The notes: a model not told the origin generated them from the letters alone. DNA of 64,000 nt from an uncultured Clostridia bacterium (GCA_900016865.1 FIZI01000001.1:31028-95027), one strand, 5' to 3'. Shown: positions 1 to 13,825, counted from the stretch's first letter. A program made the numbers and translations.

Positions 1-405
1 GTTCTCAGTGCTCGACCCCATCGCGAACTCGTCCATGTTGGTCTTTCCAACGATTATCATACCTGCTGAGCGCAGTCGCTCTATCACATATGCATCATAG
101 GGAGACACGAAGTCTTTGAGAATCTCCGAGGCGCACGTGGTAGCCATTCCCTTGGTACAGATATTGTCTTTGACAGCTACAGGTATTCCAGCTAGTCTGG
201 AGGGGGCTTTCCCATCGCGTCTAGATTCATCGACAGCCCTGGCCGCCTCGAGAGCGCCTTCTCTGTCAACTGTTATGAATGCCTTGATGGTAGGTTCTAC
301 CTGCTCTATCCTGTCCAAGTATTGGCCCACCAGCTCTTCGGAGCTAATCGCCCGTGTCTCTAGGAGATCGATCAGCTCGTGCACAGGCTTGCTAATGAGT
401 TCCAA
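1..405 (-). CDS. gatA: Glutamyl/aspartyl-tRNA amidotransferase subunit A, N-terminal 135 codons (gene runs off the left edge)
   Basis: Own reverse-strand translation from TTG at 405 (GGGGGA 5 nt upstream): LELISKPVHELIDLLETRAISSEELVGQYLDRIEQVEPTIKAFITV...GIPVAVKDNICTKGMATTCASEIL...GKTNMDEFAMGSSTEN. This is an amidase-signature GatA N-terminus, 31 nt downstream of gatC. It is absent from the ORF track because it is open at the window edge. Confidence 0.85.
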   Translation of the reverse strand, partial: MELISKPVHELIDLLETRAISSEELVGQYLDRIEQVEPTIKAFITVDREGALEAARAVDESRRDGKAPSRLAGIPVAVKDNICTKGMATTCASEILKDFVSPYDAYVIERLRSAGMIIVGKTNMDEFAMGSSTEN

Positions 406-436
406 TGCTATCCCCCCATACCTCGACCAGGTTGTC

Positions 437-733
437 TCACTCGTTGATTTCCAAAACGCGTGGGACGCGGAAGTACTCGCCAGACTTATCCGGAGCGTTT
501 GACAACGCCTCCTCAGTAGACAAAGACGGTTCCACGCGATCTTCCCTAACAACATTGCTCAAACGGGCAACACGCGATGTAGGTTCTACACCTCCGGTGT
601 CAACCTCGTCGATTTTTTGAACATAATCCAGTATGCCGTTCAAAGATCCCGCAAAGCTCTCCGCTTCGTTTTCACTTAGCGACAGCCTTGCCAATCTCGC
701 TATCTGGTTGACATCGTCCGCAGTCAATGCCAC
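437..733 (-). CDS. gatC: Glutamyl/aspartyl-tRNA amidotransferase subunit C
   Basis: ORF 437-754. LTADDVNQIARLARLSLSENE...LDYVQKIDEVDT is typical GatC. I prefer the GTG at 733, preceded by GGAGGTGGAG, giving 98 aa; the longest ORF starts at 754. Confidence 0.85.
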   Translation of the reverse strand: MALTADDVNQIARLARLSLSENEAESFAGSLNGILDYVQKIDEVDTGGVEPTSRVARLSNVVREDRVEPSLSTEEALSNAPDKSGEYFRVPRVLEINE

Positions 734-765
734 CTTCTCCACCTCCATCACCAACTCGGGCAGTG

Positions 766-4990
<4,225 letters not shown>

Positions 4991-5041
4991 CCAGTCTCCC
5001 TTGTACGTCTATATGAACTCCCCGTTCATGGGACACAAACA

Positions 5042-5731
5042 CTAACGTCTCCTTGCAAGCTCTTTCCAAATATCGCTTGGCTGAATGTCAAAGAAGGCCA
5101 GCAAGACGAGAAGGTGATATAGCAGATCGGCCGTTTCATAGACGATCTCTTCGGCTGACTGGTTTTTTGAAGCGATGATCGTCTCAGCGCACTCTTCACC
5201 GACCTTCTTGAGGATCTTGTCGAGGCCCTCGCGAAACAGGTAGCAAGTGTATGATCCCTCCACTGGGCTGGCCTTCCGGCCGCACACCACACCGTACAAC
5301 TCCTCCAAAATAGAGGAGCCTACCTCAGTGTCTGATCCCTCACTGCCCGAACTCGCAGGTCGCCTGTCGAAGCCTATGCGAATGCGGCCGTCCGAGTCCA
5401 AGCGGACGCTACGATGGAAGCAACTGCGCTCTCCAAGGTGACACGCACCTGAACCAACCTGTCTCACGCGAACCACTATGGCGTCTCCGTCGCAATCCAG
5501 TCTAATCTCCTCGACGACTTGGATGTTGCCCGAGGTTTCGCCCTTGTGCCACAACTCCTGCCGGCTTCTGCTCCAAAACCAAGTCTCTCCGGTTTCCAGT
5601 GTCTTCAGTAGCGAGAGGGAGTTCATGTATGCCAGCATCAGCACCTCGCCGCTTTGAGCGTCTTGGACAACCGCGGGGATGAGGCCATCCTCGCCGAAAC
5701 GAACATCTTTGCTCAGATCTGAGAAATCCAT
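5042..5731 (-). CDS. hisI: Bifunctional phosphoribosyl-AMP cyclohydrolase / phosphoribosyl-ATP pyrophosphatase
   Basis: 229 aa. HisI part ...[12 protein letters not shown]; HisE part [12 protein letters not shown]...[13 protein letters not shown]. Last gene of the his operon. Confidence 0.93.
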   Translation of the reverse strand: MDFSDLSKDVRFGEDGLIPAVVQDAQSGEVLMLAYMNSLSLLKTLETGETWFWSRSRQELWHKGETSGNIQVVEEIRLDCDGDAIVVRVRQVGSGACHLGERSCFHRSVRLDSDGRIRIGFDRRPASSGSEGSDTEVGSSILEELYGVVCGRKASPVEGSYTCYLFREGLDKILKKVGEECAETIIASKNQSAEEIVYETADLLYHLLVLLAFFDIQPSDIWKELARRR

Positions 5732-5745
5732 ATTTGCAATCCCTT

Positions 5746-6513
5746 CTAAATCTTAACTGGAATCCCAAAACGTTTTAGATAGTTCTTGACATCGGATACT
5801 GTGTACTCGTTGAAATGAAATATCGAAGCCGCAAGTACGGCCTGAACGCGGCCTTCGAGGACAGCATCCCTTATATGCTCTAGCTCACCAGCCCCTCCCG
5901 AAGCCACCACCGGAATGCTCACCCGGGAGGCTATGGCCGCGTTGAGCACGTTGTCGTAGCCAGACTTGGTCCCGTCCGTGTCCATGCTTGTAACCAGCAG
6001 TTCCCCAGCACCAAGCTCCTGCACACGGTCAGCCCATTCGAGAACATCCATACCCGTAGGCACCCGGCCACCGTTGATTACGACCTCCCAACCTTCCTCA
6101 GCCGAACCGGGTTTGCGCCGAACGTCTATGGCGACGGTTATCCGTCCACTGCCATAGATTTCTGATGCTTCTCGAACCAGTTCTGGATTCTTGACTGCCG
6201 CGGAGTTCACAATGACCTTGTCGGCGCCTGCGTGTAACAGTCTCTCAATGTCGCTGATGTCCTTGATGCCGCCTCCAACGGAGACAGGCACGGATACACT
6301 GTCGGCCACCCGACGGACAACATCGACCATCGTTGCCCTTTTCTCGACAGTCGCGGTGATGTCTAGCAACGCCAGTTCATCAGCACCCTGCCGCTCATAC
6401 CTTTCTGCGAACTCAACAGGATCCCCGACGTCTCTAAGGCTGACGAACCTTGTTCCCTTGACTACGAGGCCGTCCTTTACGTCCAGACAGGGAATGACTC
6501 TGACAAACGACAC
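5746..6513 (-). CDS. hisF: Imidazole glycerol phosphate synthase, cyclase subunit
   Basis: 255 aa. [29 protein letters not shown] motifs. Confidence 0.96.
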   Translation of the reverse strand: MSFVRVIPCLDVKDGLVVKGTRFVSLRDVGDPVEFAERYERQGADELALLDITATVEKRATMVDVVRRVADSVSVPVSVGGGIKDISDIERLLHAGADKVIVNSAAVKNPELVREASEIYGSGRITVAIDVRRKPGSAEEGWEVVINGGRVPTGMDVLEWADRVQELGAGELLVTSMDTDGTKSGYDNVLNAAIASRVSIPVVASGGAGELEHIRDAVLEGRVQAVLAASIFHFNEYTVSDVKNYLKRFGIPVKI

Positions 6514-6535
6514 AACAGTCCCTCCAACCTGCTAT

Positions 6536-7261
6536 CTACGCAAGAGCTCTAATCGCGTCCTCAAGGGAGAATGCCCCCTCATAGAGCGCCTTGCCGACAA
6601 TGACGCCCGTCACCCCGTCGGCTTCGAGGGCCTTGACCGACAACAGGTCGTCCAGGCACGCCACTCCGCCCGAAGCGATGACATTGAGTCCAGACCCGAC
6701 AGCTAATGCACGAGTGTACTCGAGGTTTGGCCCGGTCATGGTGCCATCGCGGTCGATGTCAGTGTAGACGACGTTGACCACTCCCGCGGCCTTTACCGTC
6801 TTTGCCAGCTCGATTGCATCTATGGACTGAATGCGAGTCCAGCCAGTAGTCGCTACCTTCCCGGCCTTGGCATCTATGCCCACCACTACCCTTCTTGGTG
6901 TAAAGGAGTCGACCAGCTCCTTGAGTAGATCAGGATCAGCGACGGCACTAGTGCCGAGGACTACTCGCTCGACTCCCGCCTCCAAGAGCCTAGCTGCCGA
7001 CTCAAAACTGCGAATCCCGCCCCCAACCTGTATAGGCGTATCTACAGACGCGAGAATAGAAGCGATAGCATCAGTGTTGACCGGCCGCCCCTCTCGTGCT
7101 CCATCCAGATCTACAACGTGGATGAGAGTCGCTCCCTGAGACTGCCAGTTAAAGGCTACACTCGCAGGATCGGAGTCGTACACCTTCTTGTTGGAATAAT
7201 CGCCCTTGAAGAGGCGGACGCACTTGCCTCCCAGTATGTCAATTGCCGGAATTACCTGCAC
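6536..7261 (-). CDS. hisA: ProFAR isomerase (1-(5-phosphoribosyl)-5-[(5-phosphoribosylamino)methylideneamino]imidazole-4-carboxamide isomerase)
   Basis: VQVIPAIDILGGKCVRLFKGDY, VVDLDGA, ASGGV. The longest ORF reaches 7378 but would overlap hisB by 67 nt. The GTG at 7261, preceded by GGGGGA, gives a typical 241 aa. Confidence 0.9.
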   Translation of the reverse strand: MQVIPAIDILGGKCVRLFKGDYSNKKVYDSDPASVAFNWQSQGATLIHVVDLDGAREGRPVNTDAIASILASVDTPIQVGGGIRSFESAARLLEAGVERVVLGTSAVADPDLLKELVDSFTPRRVVVGIDAKAGKVATTGWTRIQSIDAIELAKTVKAAGVVNVVYTDIDRDGTMTGPNLEYTRALAVGSGLNVIASGGVACLDDLLSVKALEADGVTGVIVGKALYEGAFSLEDAIRALA

Positions 7262-7311
7262 TGCTAAACAATCCCCCAAAACTGAATGATCGGCTGAGGG
7301 AGGCCCATCTT

Positions 7312-7920
7312 CTAGAGCACTCCCTTTGTCGAGGGGACACCGGATATCCTCGAGTCTATCTTTGTGGCTTCGTCGCAAGCTCTGCCCAGAGCTTTGAAAA
7401 CCGCCTCAACGATGTGGTGTCCGTTGGAACCCCTCAACGCCTTGACATGAAGGGTTATGCCGCAACTCGTTGCGAACCCTCGCAGGAACTCAACAAGCAA
7501 CTCATGGCCGATTGGACAGTCAGTTCCCACTAATTGGTCTGCCTCGCAAACCAGATACGGCCGTCCCGAGATATCGAGCGACACCATAACCCATGCCTCG
7601 TCATGAACGACCGAGGAAAATCCATACCTCCGGATCCCAGACTTGTCGCCGATAGCCTGAAGGAAGGCCAGCCCAAGTGTTATGCCCGTGTCTTCAACAG
7701 TGTGATGATAGTCGACATGGAGGTCGCCTTTGCACGATACTTCTAGGTCAAACAGCCCATGCCTGGAGAACAGGGCAAGCATGTGATCAAGAAACCCGAT
7801 GCCTGTATCGGCCCTACACTCTCCTCTGCCGTCTACAGTGACTCGGACATCGACAACTGTCTCAGTCGTCGCGCGAGATGACTTACCTACCCGCTGCTCC
7901 ATCTGCGTCATCCTCCTCAA
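7312..7920 (-). CDS. hisB: Imidazoleglycerol-phosphate dehydratase
   Basis: 202 aa. GFLDHML, DYHHTVEDTGI, NGHHIVEAVFKA, PSTKGVL. Confidence 0.95.
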   Translation of the reverse strand: MRRMTQMEQRVGKSSRATTETVVDVRVTVDGRGECRADTGIGFLDHMLALFSRHGLFDLEVSCKGDLHVDYHHTVEDTGITLGLAFLQAIGDKSGIRRYGFSSVVHDEAWVMVSLDISGRPYLVCEADQLVGTDCPIGHELLVEFLRGFATSCGITLHVKALRGSNGHHIVEAVFKALGRACDEATKIDSRISGVPSTKGVL

Positions 7921-7930
7921 TCACAGAGCT

Positions 7931-8584
7931 CTACTGACCGGCCATAACTTCGCTCAACCGCTGAACCGCCTCAGTGATATCACTGCGCCTAGCCCTATAA
8001 CTGACCCTGTTGGCAATCAGACGTGCAGTAGAGGTCCACATGTCAGCGATTACCTTTAGGCCATTGTCCCGCAGAGTACGTCCTGTCTCTGTGATGTCGA
8101 CTATAGCGTCGGCCAATCCAACGGCCGGAGCAAGCTCAAGCGATCCGTTCAAGGTCACTATCTCGACCTGAACACCTAGAGATGCGAAGTAGTTGCGCGC
8201 AACATATGGGTACTTGGTGGCAACGCGAGAGTTGAACCCCAATCCGCTGACATCAGTGACATGTGAAGACGCTGGGACAGCAACTACGAACCGACAGCGT
8301 CCCATTTTCAAATCAAGAAGCTCGCACACGTCCTTGCGTGACTCGTCTATAACGTCCTTTCCGCAAATACCCAGATCTGCAGATCCGTATTGCACGTATG
8401 TCGGGACGTCCGTTGCTTTGACGAGGATCACGCGGCTTCGGCGATCAGGGTCGTCAAACACCAATCTTCGAGTGTCATCAGACACATCGGAGGTAAACAC
8501 ACCGGCCTGATTCAGCATTTCCACGGCTGGCTCAAGAAGCCGCCCTTTTGGCAGTGCGATTGTCAAATAATCCAAAGCAACCAC
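7931..8584 (-). CDS. hisG: ATP phosphoribosyltransferase, short (HisZ-dependent) form
   Basis: LTIALPKGRL, DLGICGKD, VATKYP. The longest ORF (to 8710) overlaps hisZ. The GTG at 8584, 8 nt after the hisZ stop, gives 217 aa, as expected for short-form HisG. Confidence 0.9.
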   Translation of the reverse strand: MVALDYLTIALPKGRLLEPAVEMLNQAGVFTSDVSDDTRRLVFDDPDRRSRVILVKATDVPTYVQYGSADLGICGKDVIDESRKDVCELLDLKMGRCRFVVAVPASSHVTDVSGLGFNSRVATKYPYVARNYFASLGVQVEIVTLNGSLELAPAVGLADAIVDITETGRTLRDNGLKVIADMWTSTARLIANRVSYRARRSDITEAVQRLSEVMAGQ

Positions 8585-8592
8585 CCGCAGAT

Positions 8593-9927
8593 CTATCGTT
8601 CCGTATGATCGGTCTCCAAACAACTCAAAAAGAACCGTCTCGAGGGCAGGACTTCCCGCAGGCGGGACGCTATCTGTTCGCGGTTCTCGCCCCGCACGAA
8701 GACGTCGCACCTAAGTCCATCAGTCCCACGTGAGTATGAGAGAACAAAAGAACGGCCTATCCTAACCGCACGCTCAAATATCGTGTCCAAGGGGCGGGCG
8801 TCTAGTTCTACCTCGACAACGATGCCGCTTTGCCTGAGCCGTTTCGTATCAGCCAAGGCCACAGGCTCAAGGCTCTCCTCAAATGTGACGACACCACTGA
8901 CGGTCCTGGGCTCGTTCAACAAGTCAGGATTGCCTTGTTCTACTGCAGCAAGGACACGCTCAATGCCTATCGCGAACCCGGTGGACGGGCTGTCGTATCC
9001 AAACTGAGCCAGCAAGTTGTCGTAGCGGCCTCCCCCGCATATGTCGTATCCTACACCAAACGCGTGCCCCTGAAATATGACTCCGGTGTAGTAATCGAAG
9101 TTCTTGACAAGACCGAGATCTATGCTGACAGGCCCCATGGCGCCGAGAGACCTCAAACGGCTTACTACCTTCTTCAAATCATCAAGAGCACTGAGAGCCT
9201 GCTCCGAGTTTCCCGCAATATCAGCACCGGCCACCAGAATCGACTCATCGCCTCGAAGATCTCCTAGTGCCAGGAGCCTCTCGTTGTCTCTCTTGCTAAG
9301 CCCGAGCTCACCGACAATCGACTTGAGGCCGACCAAGTCCTGGCGGAGTAGGGCCGCCTTTACGGCCGAGGAGACGCGGTCTTCCAGCCCGATATCTCTC
9401 ATCAGGCCGTTGACAAATCCCATATGCCCAATGTCTATCCCAAAACCTCGCAGGCCACAGCCGTCCAGACAATCAATGCACAAAGCAATTGATTCTGCAT
9501 CTGCAAATACAGAACCTGAACCAATGATCTCGACGCCGGCTTGATAGAACTCCCGTCTGTGCCCAACCTCCGGATCAGCGTACCTAAAAACGTTTGCTAG
9601 ATACCAAAACCTACCGGGATCAAGTTCGGTCCGCATCCGGGTGCTGACGAGGCGAGCTATTGGTGTGGTCATCTCCGGCCTCAACGCTACCAATTCGCCG
9701 TCAGGGTCGAAAAATCTATACGTACTGCCCTTGAGGGCATAGCCTGTCTGAGACTCCAAGACATCGACAAACTCGAATGTCGGAGTAACCACCTCTCGAT
9801 ATCCCCAGCGATTGAAGACTTCGGTGATCCGCCGCTCAAGTGCACGACGCCGTGCAAGCTCCTCCGGCAGGTAGTCTCTCAGGCCTCCCGGTATCTGTTT
9901 ACGACGCAGTGACAAAATACACCACAT
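8593..9927 (-). CDS. hisZ: ATP phosphoribosyltransferase regulatory subunit (HisRS paralogue)
   Basis: 444 aa. GLRDYLPEE, YRFFDPDGELVALRPEMT, REFYQAGVE. Class-II aaRS-like core immediately upstream of short-form hisG. The start is uncertain because the ATG at 9927 directly abuts GAGGAG. Confidence 0.85.
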   Translation of the reverse strand: MWCILSLRRKQIPGGLRDYLPEELARRRALERRITEVFNRWGYREVVTPTFEFVDVLESQTGYALKGSTYRFFDPDGELVALRPEMTTPIARLVSTRMRTELDPGRFWYLANVFRYADPEVGHRREFYQAGVEIIGSGSVFADAESIALCIDCLDGCGLRGFGIDIGHMGFVNGLMRDIGLEDRVSSAVKAALLRQDLVGLKSIVGELGLSKRDNERLLALGDLRGDESILVAGADIAGNSEQALSALDDLKKVVSRLRSLGAMGPVSIDLGLVKNFDYYTGVIFQGHAFGVGYDICGGGRYDNLLAQFGYDSPSTGFAIGIERVLAAVEQGNPDLLNEPRTVSGVVTFEESLEPVALADTKRLRQSGIVVEVELDARPLDTIFERAVRIGRSFVLSYSRGTDGLRCDVFVRGENREQIASRLREVLPSRRFFLSCLETDHTER

Positions 9928-10172
9928 CTCCTCGCAAACTCTATGCTCTGCAAATGCAGTCCATGCTACATCTTGCTGGCTAGCCCAGCCATTCTGGCAG
10001 ATTTGTTACAAGCATACCACATAGGGTTGGACGTATCAACAGCCCTTCCAACTCGGGCTGTGTCGGGAGGGCCGAACTGTGGTCTCCTCCGCTTGCCGCT
10101 CACTCCGCCGTCCTGGCTCCGTTGATGCTGAGCTGCGTCCCCCATGTCTCGCATGTCCCGATTCCACCAGGC

Positions 10173-10203
10173 GATGCAAAGGGTCGGCGGACGCCGCCGA
10201 CCC
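10173..10203 (-). terminator. Rho-independent terminator downstream of the NCS2 permease
   Basis: 10-bp GC stem GGGTCGGCGG/CCGCCGACCC (10181-10190 / 10194-10203), followed on the minus strand by TTTGCATC. Confidence 0.55.
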
Positions 10204-10283
10204 TCTGTCGTCGATGTAGAGCTGGACTCTAAACGGGTGCTTAATCGGGACTAAAGGTCCCGCGCACCATTCACTTATTGAGA

Positions 10284-11660
10284 CTAAAGCCCGGTAACGA
10301 ATGCAAACCTGAGAATGAACAGCACCGACAGAAGATAGACGAGCCAGTGCACCTTCTTGCCCTGTCCTGATACGAGCATCAGGAAGCTATAGCTCACAAA
10401 TGCAACCGCTATACCATTAGCGATGCTGCTGGTCAACGGCATGGTCACTATGGCGAGGAACGCAGGGATAGCCTCGAGGTAATCGTCCCACTTGATCCTC
10501 GTAACGCCCTTCATCATCATAATACCTACGATGACTAGAGCAGGATACGTGGCAGCCGCTGGTATAACGCTCAGTATGGGCTGGAAGAACAAGGCCAAGA
10601 TGAATAGGATGCCGACTACGACTGCTGTAAAGCCGGTCCTGCCTCCAGCTGCTACGCCGGCCGCGCTCTCAATATACGAAGTCACGGTAGAAGTGCCGAA
10701 AACTGACCCTACGATGGTTCCCACAGAGTCGACAAGCATCGCCTTGTCTATCCTCGGGAGCTCGCCCTTCTCATCCAGGAAGCCGCCCTGGTCTGCAACT
10801 CCGATCAGTGTTCCGAGAGTGTCGAACATGTCAACAAACAGGAAGGCGAAGACCACCGTAAACAGACCAAGATTCAACGCACCGAGCACGTCGAGCTTGC
10901 CCAATACGAGGCTTGTCCAGTCGCCCCAAGCAGGCACGCCTATCCAGGACCCGCTTGGCAGATGAGATTGACCGAAGTACGGAATAGCGCCGATCAGAGC
11001 AGTAATGATTATCCCGATAAAGATCGCACCCTTGACCTTTCGCACGAGCAAGAGACTGATGATCGCAATCCCTATGATGCTCAAGACAGGCGAAACATCT
11101 CCGCCTCTGTTGACTGTCAAGTCACCGAGCAATAGGTTGCCGTCCACGATCTGGACAATGCCGGCACCCTTGAGACCAATCAGAGCGATAAACAGTCCAA
11201 TACCTACTGGAATTGAGCGTTTGATCACGCTCGGGATAGCGGTGACAATCATCTGTCTCGCACCTATGAGAGTCAAGATCAGGAACACTATACCCGATAT
11301 CATGACTGCTCCGAGGACCGTAGAGGCAGTGATGTCGGGGTTAGTGGCAACAACATAAGCGAAGTATGCGTTCAACCCCATCCCGGGAGCCAGTGCAAAT
11401 GGGTAATTGGCATAAAGACCCATAAAGATGGTTGTAAAAGCAGTTGACAGAATGGTCGCAATCATTATGGCTCCGAAGTAGTCGCCACCACCGCCAAGGG
11501 ACGATTCAAAAGCCCCGGCTAGAATCCCAGGGTTGACTACAATTATGTACGCCATAGTCATGAATGTGGTTAATCCCGCTATGATCTCTGTTCTCAGATC
11601 AGTGCGATTTTCAGCAAAGCGAAAATATCGCGCAATGCCTGTCTCATTGGACATCGACAT
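10284..11660 (-). CDS. NCS2/AzgA-family purine (adenine/guanine/hypoxanthine) permease
   Basis: 458 aa, hydrophobic throughout with 12 or more predicted TM segments. N-terminus RYFRFAENRTDLRTEIIAGLTTFMTMAYIIVVNP is typical of PbuG/AzgA-type permeases. Sits next to guaA and hpt. Confidence 0.9.
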   Translation of the reverse strand: MSMSNETGIARYFRFAENRTDLRTEIIAGLTTFMTMAYIIVVNPGILAGAFESSLGGGGDYFGAIMIATILSTAFTTIFMGLYANYPFALAPGMGLNAYFAYVVATNPDITASTVLGAVMISGIVFLILTLIGARQMIVTAIPSVIKRSIPVGIGLFIALIGLKGAGIVQIVDGNLLLGDLTVNRGGDVSPVLSIIGIAIISLLLVRKVKGAIFIGIIITALIGAIPYFGQSHLPSGSWIGVPAWGDWTSLVLGKLDVLGALNLGLFTVVFAFLFVDMFDTLGTLIGVADQGGFLDEKGELPRIDKAMLVDSVGTIVGSVFGTSTVTSYIESAAGVAAGGRTGFTAVVVGILFILALFFQPILSVIPAAATYPALVIVGIMMMKGVTRIKWDDYLEAIPAFLAIVTMPLTSSIANGIAVAFVSYSFLMLVSGQGKKVHWLVYLLSVLFILRFAFVTGL

Positions 11661-11800
11661 ACTCTCATCTCCCTTGTGTACAGAATAATCTCAACTACGT
11701 CTTCATTTCGATCTATTGCTACAGTCTCCCAAGTCGAGATAGCTCGTTTCTTACCAATAGCACCCCTCCCCACAGCAGGCCCGGCGGACGTGACCGATCT

Positions 11801-13234
11801 CTATTCCCACTCGATTGTCGACGGCGGTTTCGAGGTGATATCATACACTACTCTACTGACGCCGGGGACTTCATTGACTATGCGGTCTGATATTACTTCC
11901 ATGAGGTCGTGTGGCAAGCGCACCCAATCTGCAGTCATGCCATCCTCGCTATGGACAGCTCTGACAGCAACTACGCTAGAGTAAGTACGCTCGTCCCCCA
12001 CAACGCCGACTGTCCGAGTATTAGTCAAGACAGCAAAAGCCTGCCAGATATCGTCATACAGTCCAGCTCGCTTGATCTCCTCAATGACAATGGCGTCAGC
12101 CTCCCTGACTATTGACAGCGCCTCTCTTGTCACCGGGCCGATGATCCGAACAGCCAACCCGGGCCCAGGGAATGGATGCCTGTTGATAACAGCATCCGAC
12201 AGCCCCAGCTCTCTTCCTATTCTGCGGACTTCGTCCTTGAATAGATAGCGGAACGGCTCTATCAATTTGAGCCTCATCACGTCGGGAAGCCCGCCTACGT
12301 TGTGATGAGACTTGACCTTAGGAGCTGAACCTGCATCTTTCGAGCTCTCAATGACATCCGAGTACAGCGTCCCCTGAACCAGGTACTCGACGTCACCGAG
12401 TTTCTCAGCTTCTTCATCGAATACACGTATGAACTCATTACCAATGATAACTCGCTTCTTCTCAGGATCGGACACGCCGTCAAGACGGCGCAAAAAACGC
12501 TCCTGTGCATCAACATGGACGAGGCGAACACCGAATGTGTCGCGAATCGTCGACAAAACCTGCTCAACCTCACCCTTTCGCTGAAGCCCGGTATCCACAA
12601 ACACGCATGTCAGTTGGTCGCCAATAGCCCGGTGGACCAAGACGGCTGCAACCGATGAGTCTACCCCTCCACTTAGAGCCAGAAGCGCCTTGGAGGAACC
12701 TACTCTCTCACGTATGTCTTTGATGCTTTGCTCTATCGCAAAGGCCGGAGTCCACGACTCTGAGCACTTACACACTGAAAACAGAAAACTCCGTATGATA
12801 TCCACACCCGAGTCTGAACTCAAGGCTTCCGGCTGAAACTGCACTGCGAAGCGTCTGTCCTGACCGTCCGCAACAGCCCCGATCGGAGTGTCCAAAGCGC
12901 TGCCTATAAAGCGAAATCCATCAGGCAAAGACTCGGTCGAATCACTGCAACTCACCCATAGGGCTGGGGTGTTGCTGCTAACGAGCAACTCGATAGCAGA
13001 CGACACCGATCGGTCTTCGCCAGCGCCCGGTCCGGCTGAAAAGATAACACCTTTGACGCTGCTACTGCGAAGCCTCTTGAGCAGGGCACCGGGAGACACG
13101 ACCTCTGAATATACTCTGGATTCCCGGACATTCCTAGCTATCAGTCTGCTGTGCTCTGACCCCAGGTCCACAACTACAACTGTTTCGACTCTCGGATTCG
13201 TTTCCGGTGCAGAAACGTACATCGGCAATACCAC
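11801..13234 (-). CDS. guaA: GMP synthase; ATP-pyrophosphatase and dimerisation domains intact, N-terminal glutamine amidotransferase domain apparently degenerate
   Basis: 477 aa. PP-loop LSGGVDSSVAA, KSHHNVGGLP, C-terminal KPPSTIEWE. The N-terminal domain has VQFQPE where class-I GATases have FHPE, and lacks a G-x-C-x-G nucleophile elbow (see findings). Confidence 0.9.
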   Translation of the reverse strand: MVLPMYVSAPETNPRVETVVVVDLGSEHSRLIARNVRESRVYSEVVSPGALLKRLRSSSVKGVIFSAGPGAGEDRSVSSAIELLVSSNTPALWVSCSDSTESLPDGFRFIGSALDTPIGAVADGQDRRFAVQFQPEALSSDSGVDIIRSFLFSVCKCSESWTPAFAIEQSIKDIRERVGSSKALLALSGGVDSSVAAVLVHRAIGDQLTCVFVDTGLQRKGEVEQVLSTIRDTFGVRLVHVDAQERFLRRLDGVSDPEKKRVIIGNEFIRVFDEEAEKLGDVEYLVQGTLYSDVIESSKDAGSAPKVKSHHNVGGLPDVMRLKLIEPFRYLFKDEVRRIGRELGLSDAVINRHPFPGPGLAVRIIGPVTREALSIVREADAIVIEEIKRAGLYDDIWQAFAVLTNTRTVGVVGDERTYSSVVAVRAVHSEDGMTADWVRLPHDLMEVISDRIVNEVPGVSRVVYDITSKPPSTIEWE

Positions 13235-13255
13235 CTCAATCCAAGTACAAGCGCT

Positions 13256-13825
13256 CTACTCCTGCTCGTACACAGAACGTCTGAGCACTCCGATAAAAGG
13301 CATGTTGCGGTAGTTCTCTGCATAGTCGAGGCCGTATCCAACTACGAACTCGTCGGGTATCTCAAATCCGTTGTAGTCAGGGACTATATCTACCTTCCGC
13401 CGCGACGGCTTGTCCAAGAGCGTACACACCTTCAAAGACGCAGGGCCTCGAGACTGCAGGTTGTCTAGGAGGTATCGAAGAGTCAGCCCTGTGTCGACTA
13501 TGTCCTCGACAACGAGTACATGCCTTCCCTCAATAGGCTCGTCTAAATCCTTTATAATCCTGACCACGCCTGAAGAATCCGTCGACCGGCCGTAACTCGA
13601 AATCGCAACGTAGTCAATGCTTAAAGGAATCGTCACAGAACGGATCAGATCAGCCATAAATACGAGCGACCCTTTTAGTATACCAACGACCATAGGGCGT
13701 TTCCCTTGGTAGTCTCTTGAAATGGCTTCTCCCAATTCCCTGACCTTAGCCTTGATGTCATCTTCACTCAAGAGCACATATGCCAGGTCTTGTTCCACAA
13801 AAGAAAAGTCAGCCACAGCAATCAC
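13256..13825 (-). CDS. hpt: Hypoxanthine-guanine phosphoribosyltransferase
   Basis: 189 aa. PRPP-binding motif VLVVEDIVDTGLTL; FVVGYGLDY. Confidence 0.93.
   Translation of the reverse strand: MIAVADFSFVEQDLAYVLLSEDDIKAKVRELGEAISRDYQGKRPMVVGILKGSLVFMADLIRSVTIPLSIDYVAISSYGRSTDSSGVVRIIKDLDEPIEGRHVLVVEDIVDTGLTLRYLLDNLQSRGPASLKVCTLLDKPSRRKVDIVPDYNGFEIPDEFVVGYGLDYAENYRNMPFIGVLRRSVYEQE

Noticed and set aside
6536-7378. N-terminally extended versions of hisA (to 7378), hisG (to 8710), thrC (to 43556), rimI (to 19303), the EamA gene (to 37008) and the uronate-isomerase-like gene (from 53900).
   Set aside because: The extensions overlap the upstream gene or a promoter, add non-homologous sequence ahead of the conserved N-terminus, and internal starts with better RBSs exist.
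9928-10283. T-box leader for the his operon.
   Set aside because: CUGGUGGAAUCGGG resembles the T-box UGGUGG motif only superficially. It lies about 200 nt from the start codon and after, not before, the only strong hairpin, which is better explained as the permease terminator. No specifier-loop or AG-box features were seen.
11661-11800. Purine (guanine/adenine/xanthine) riboswitch upstream of the NCS2 permease.
   Set aside because: The leader folds (CTATTG...CAATAG enclosing TCTC...GAGA) but lacks the conserved UAUA..GAUAUGG..GUUUCUACC..CCGUAAAU junction sequence. It is more likely simple read-through from guaA.
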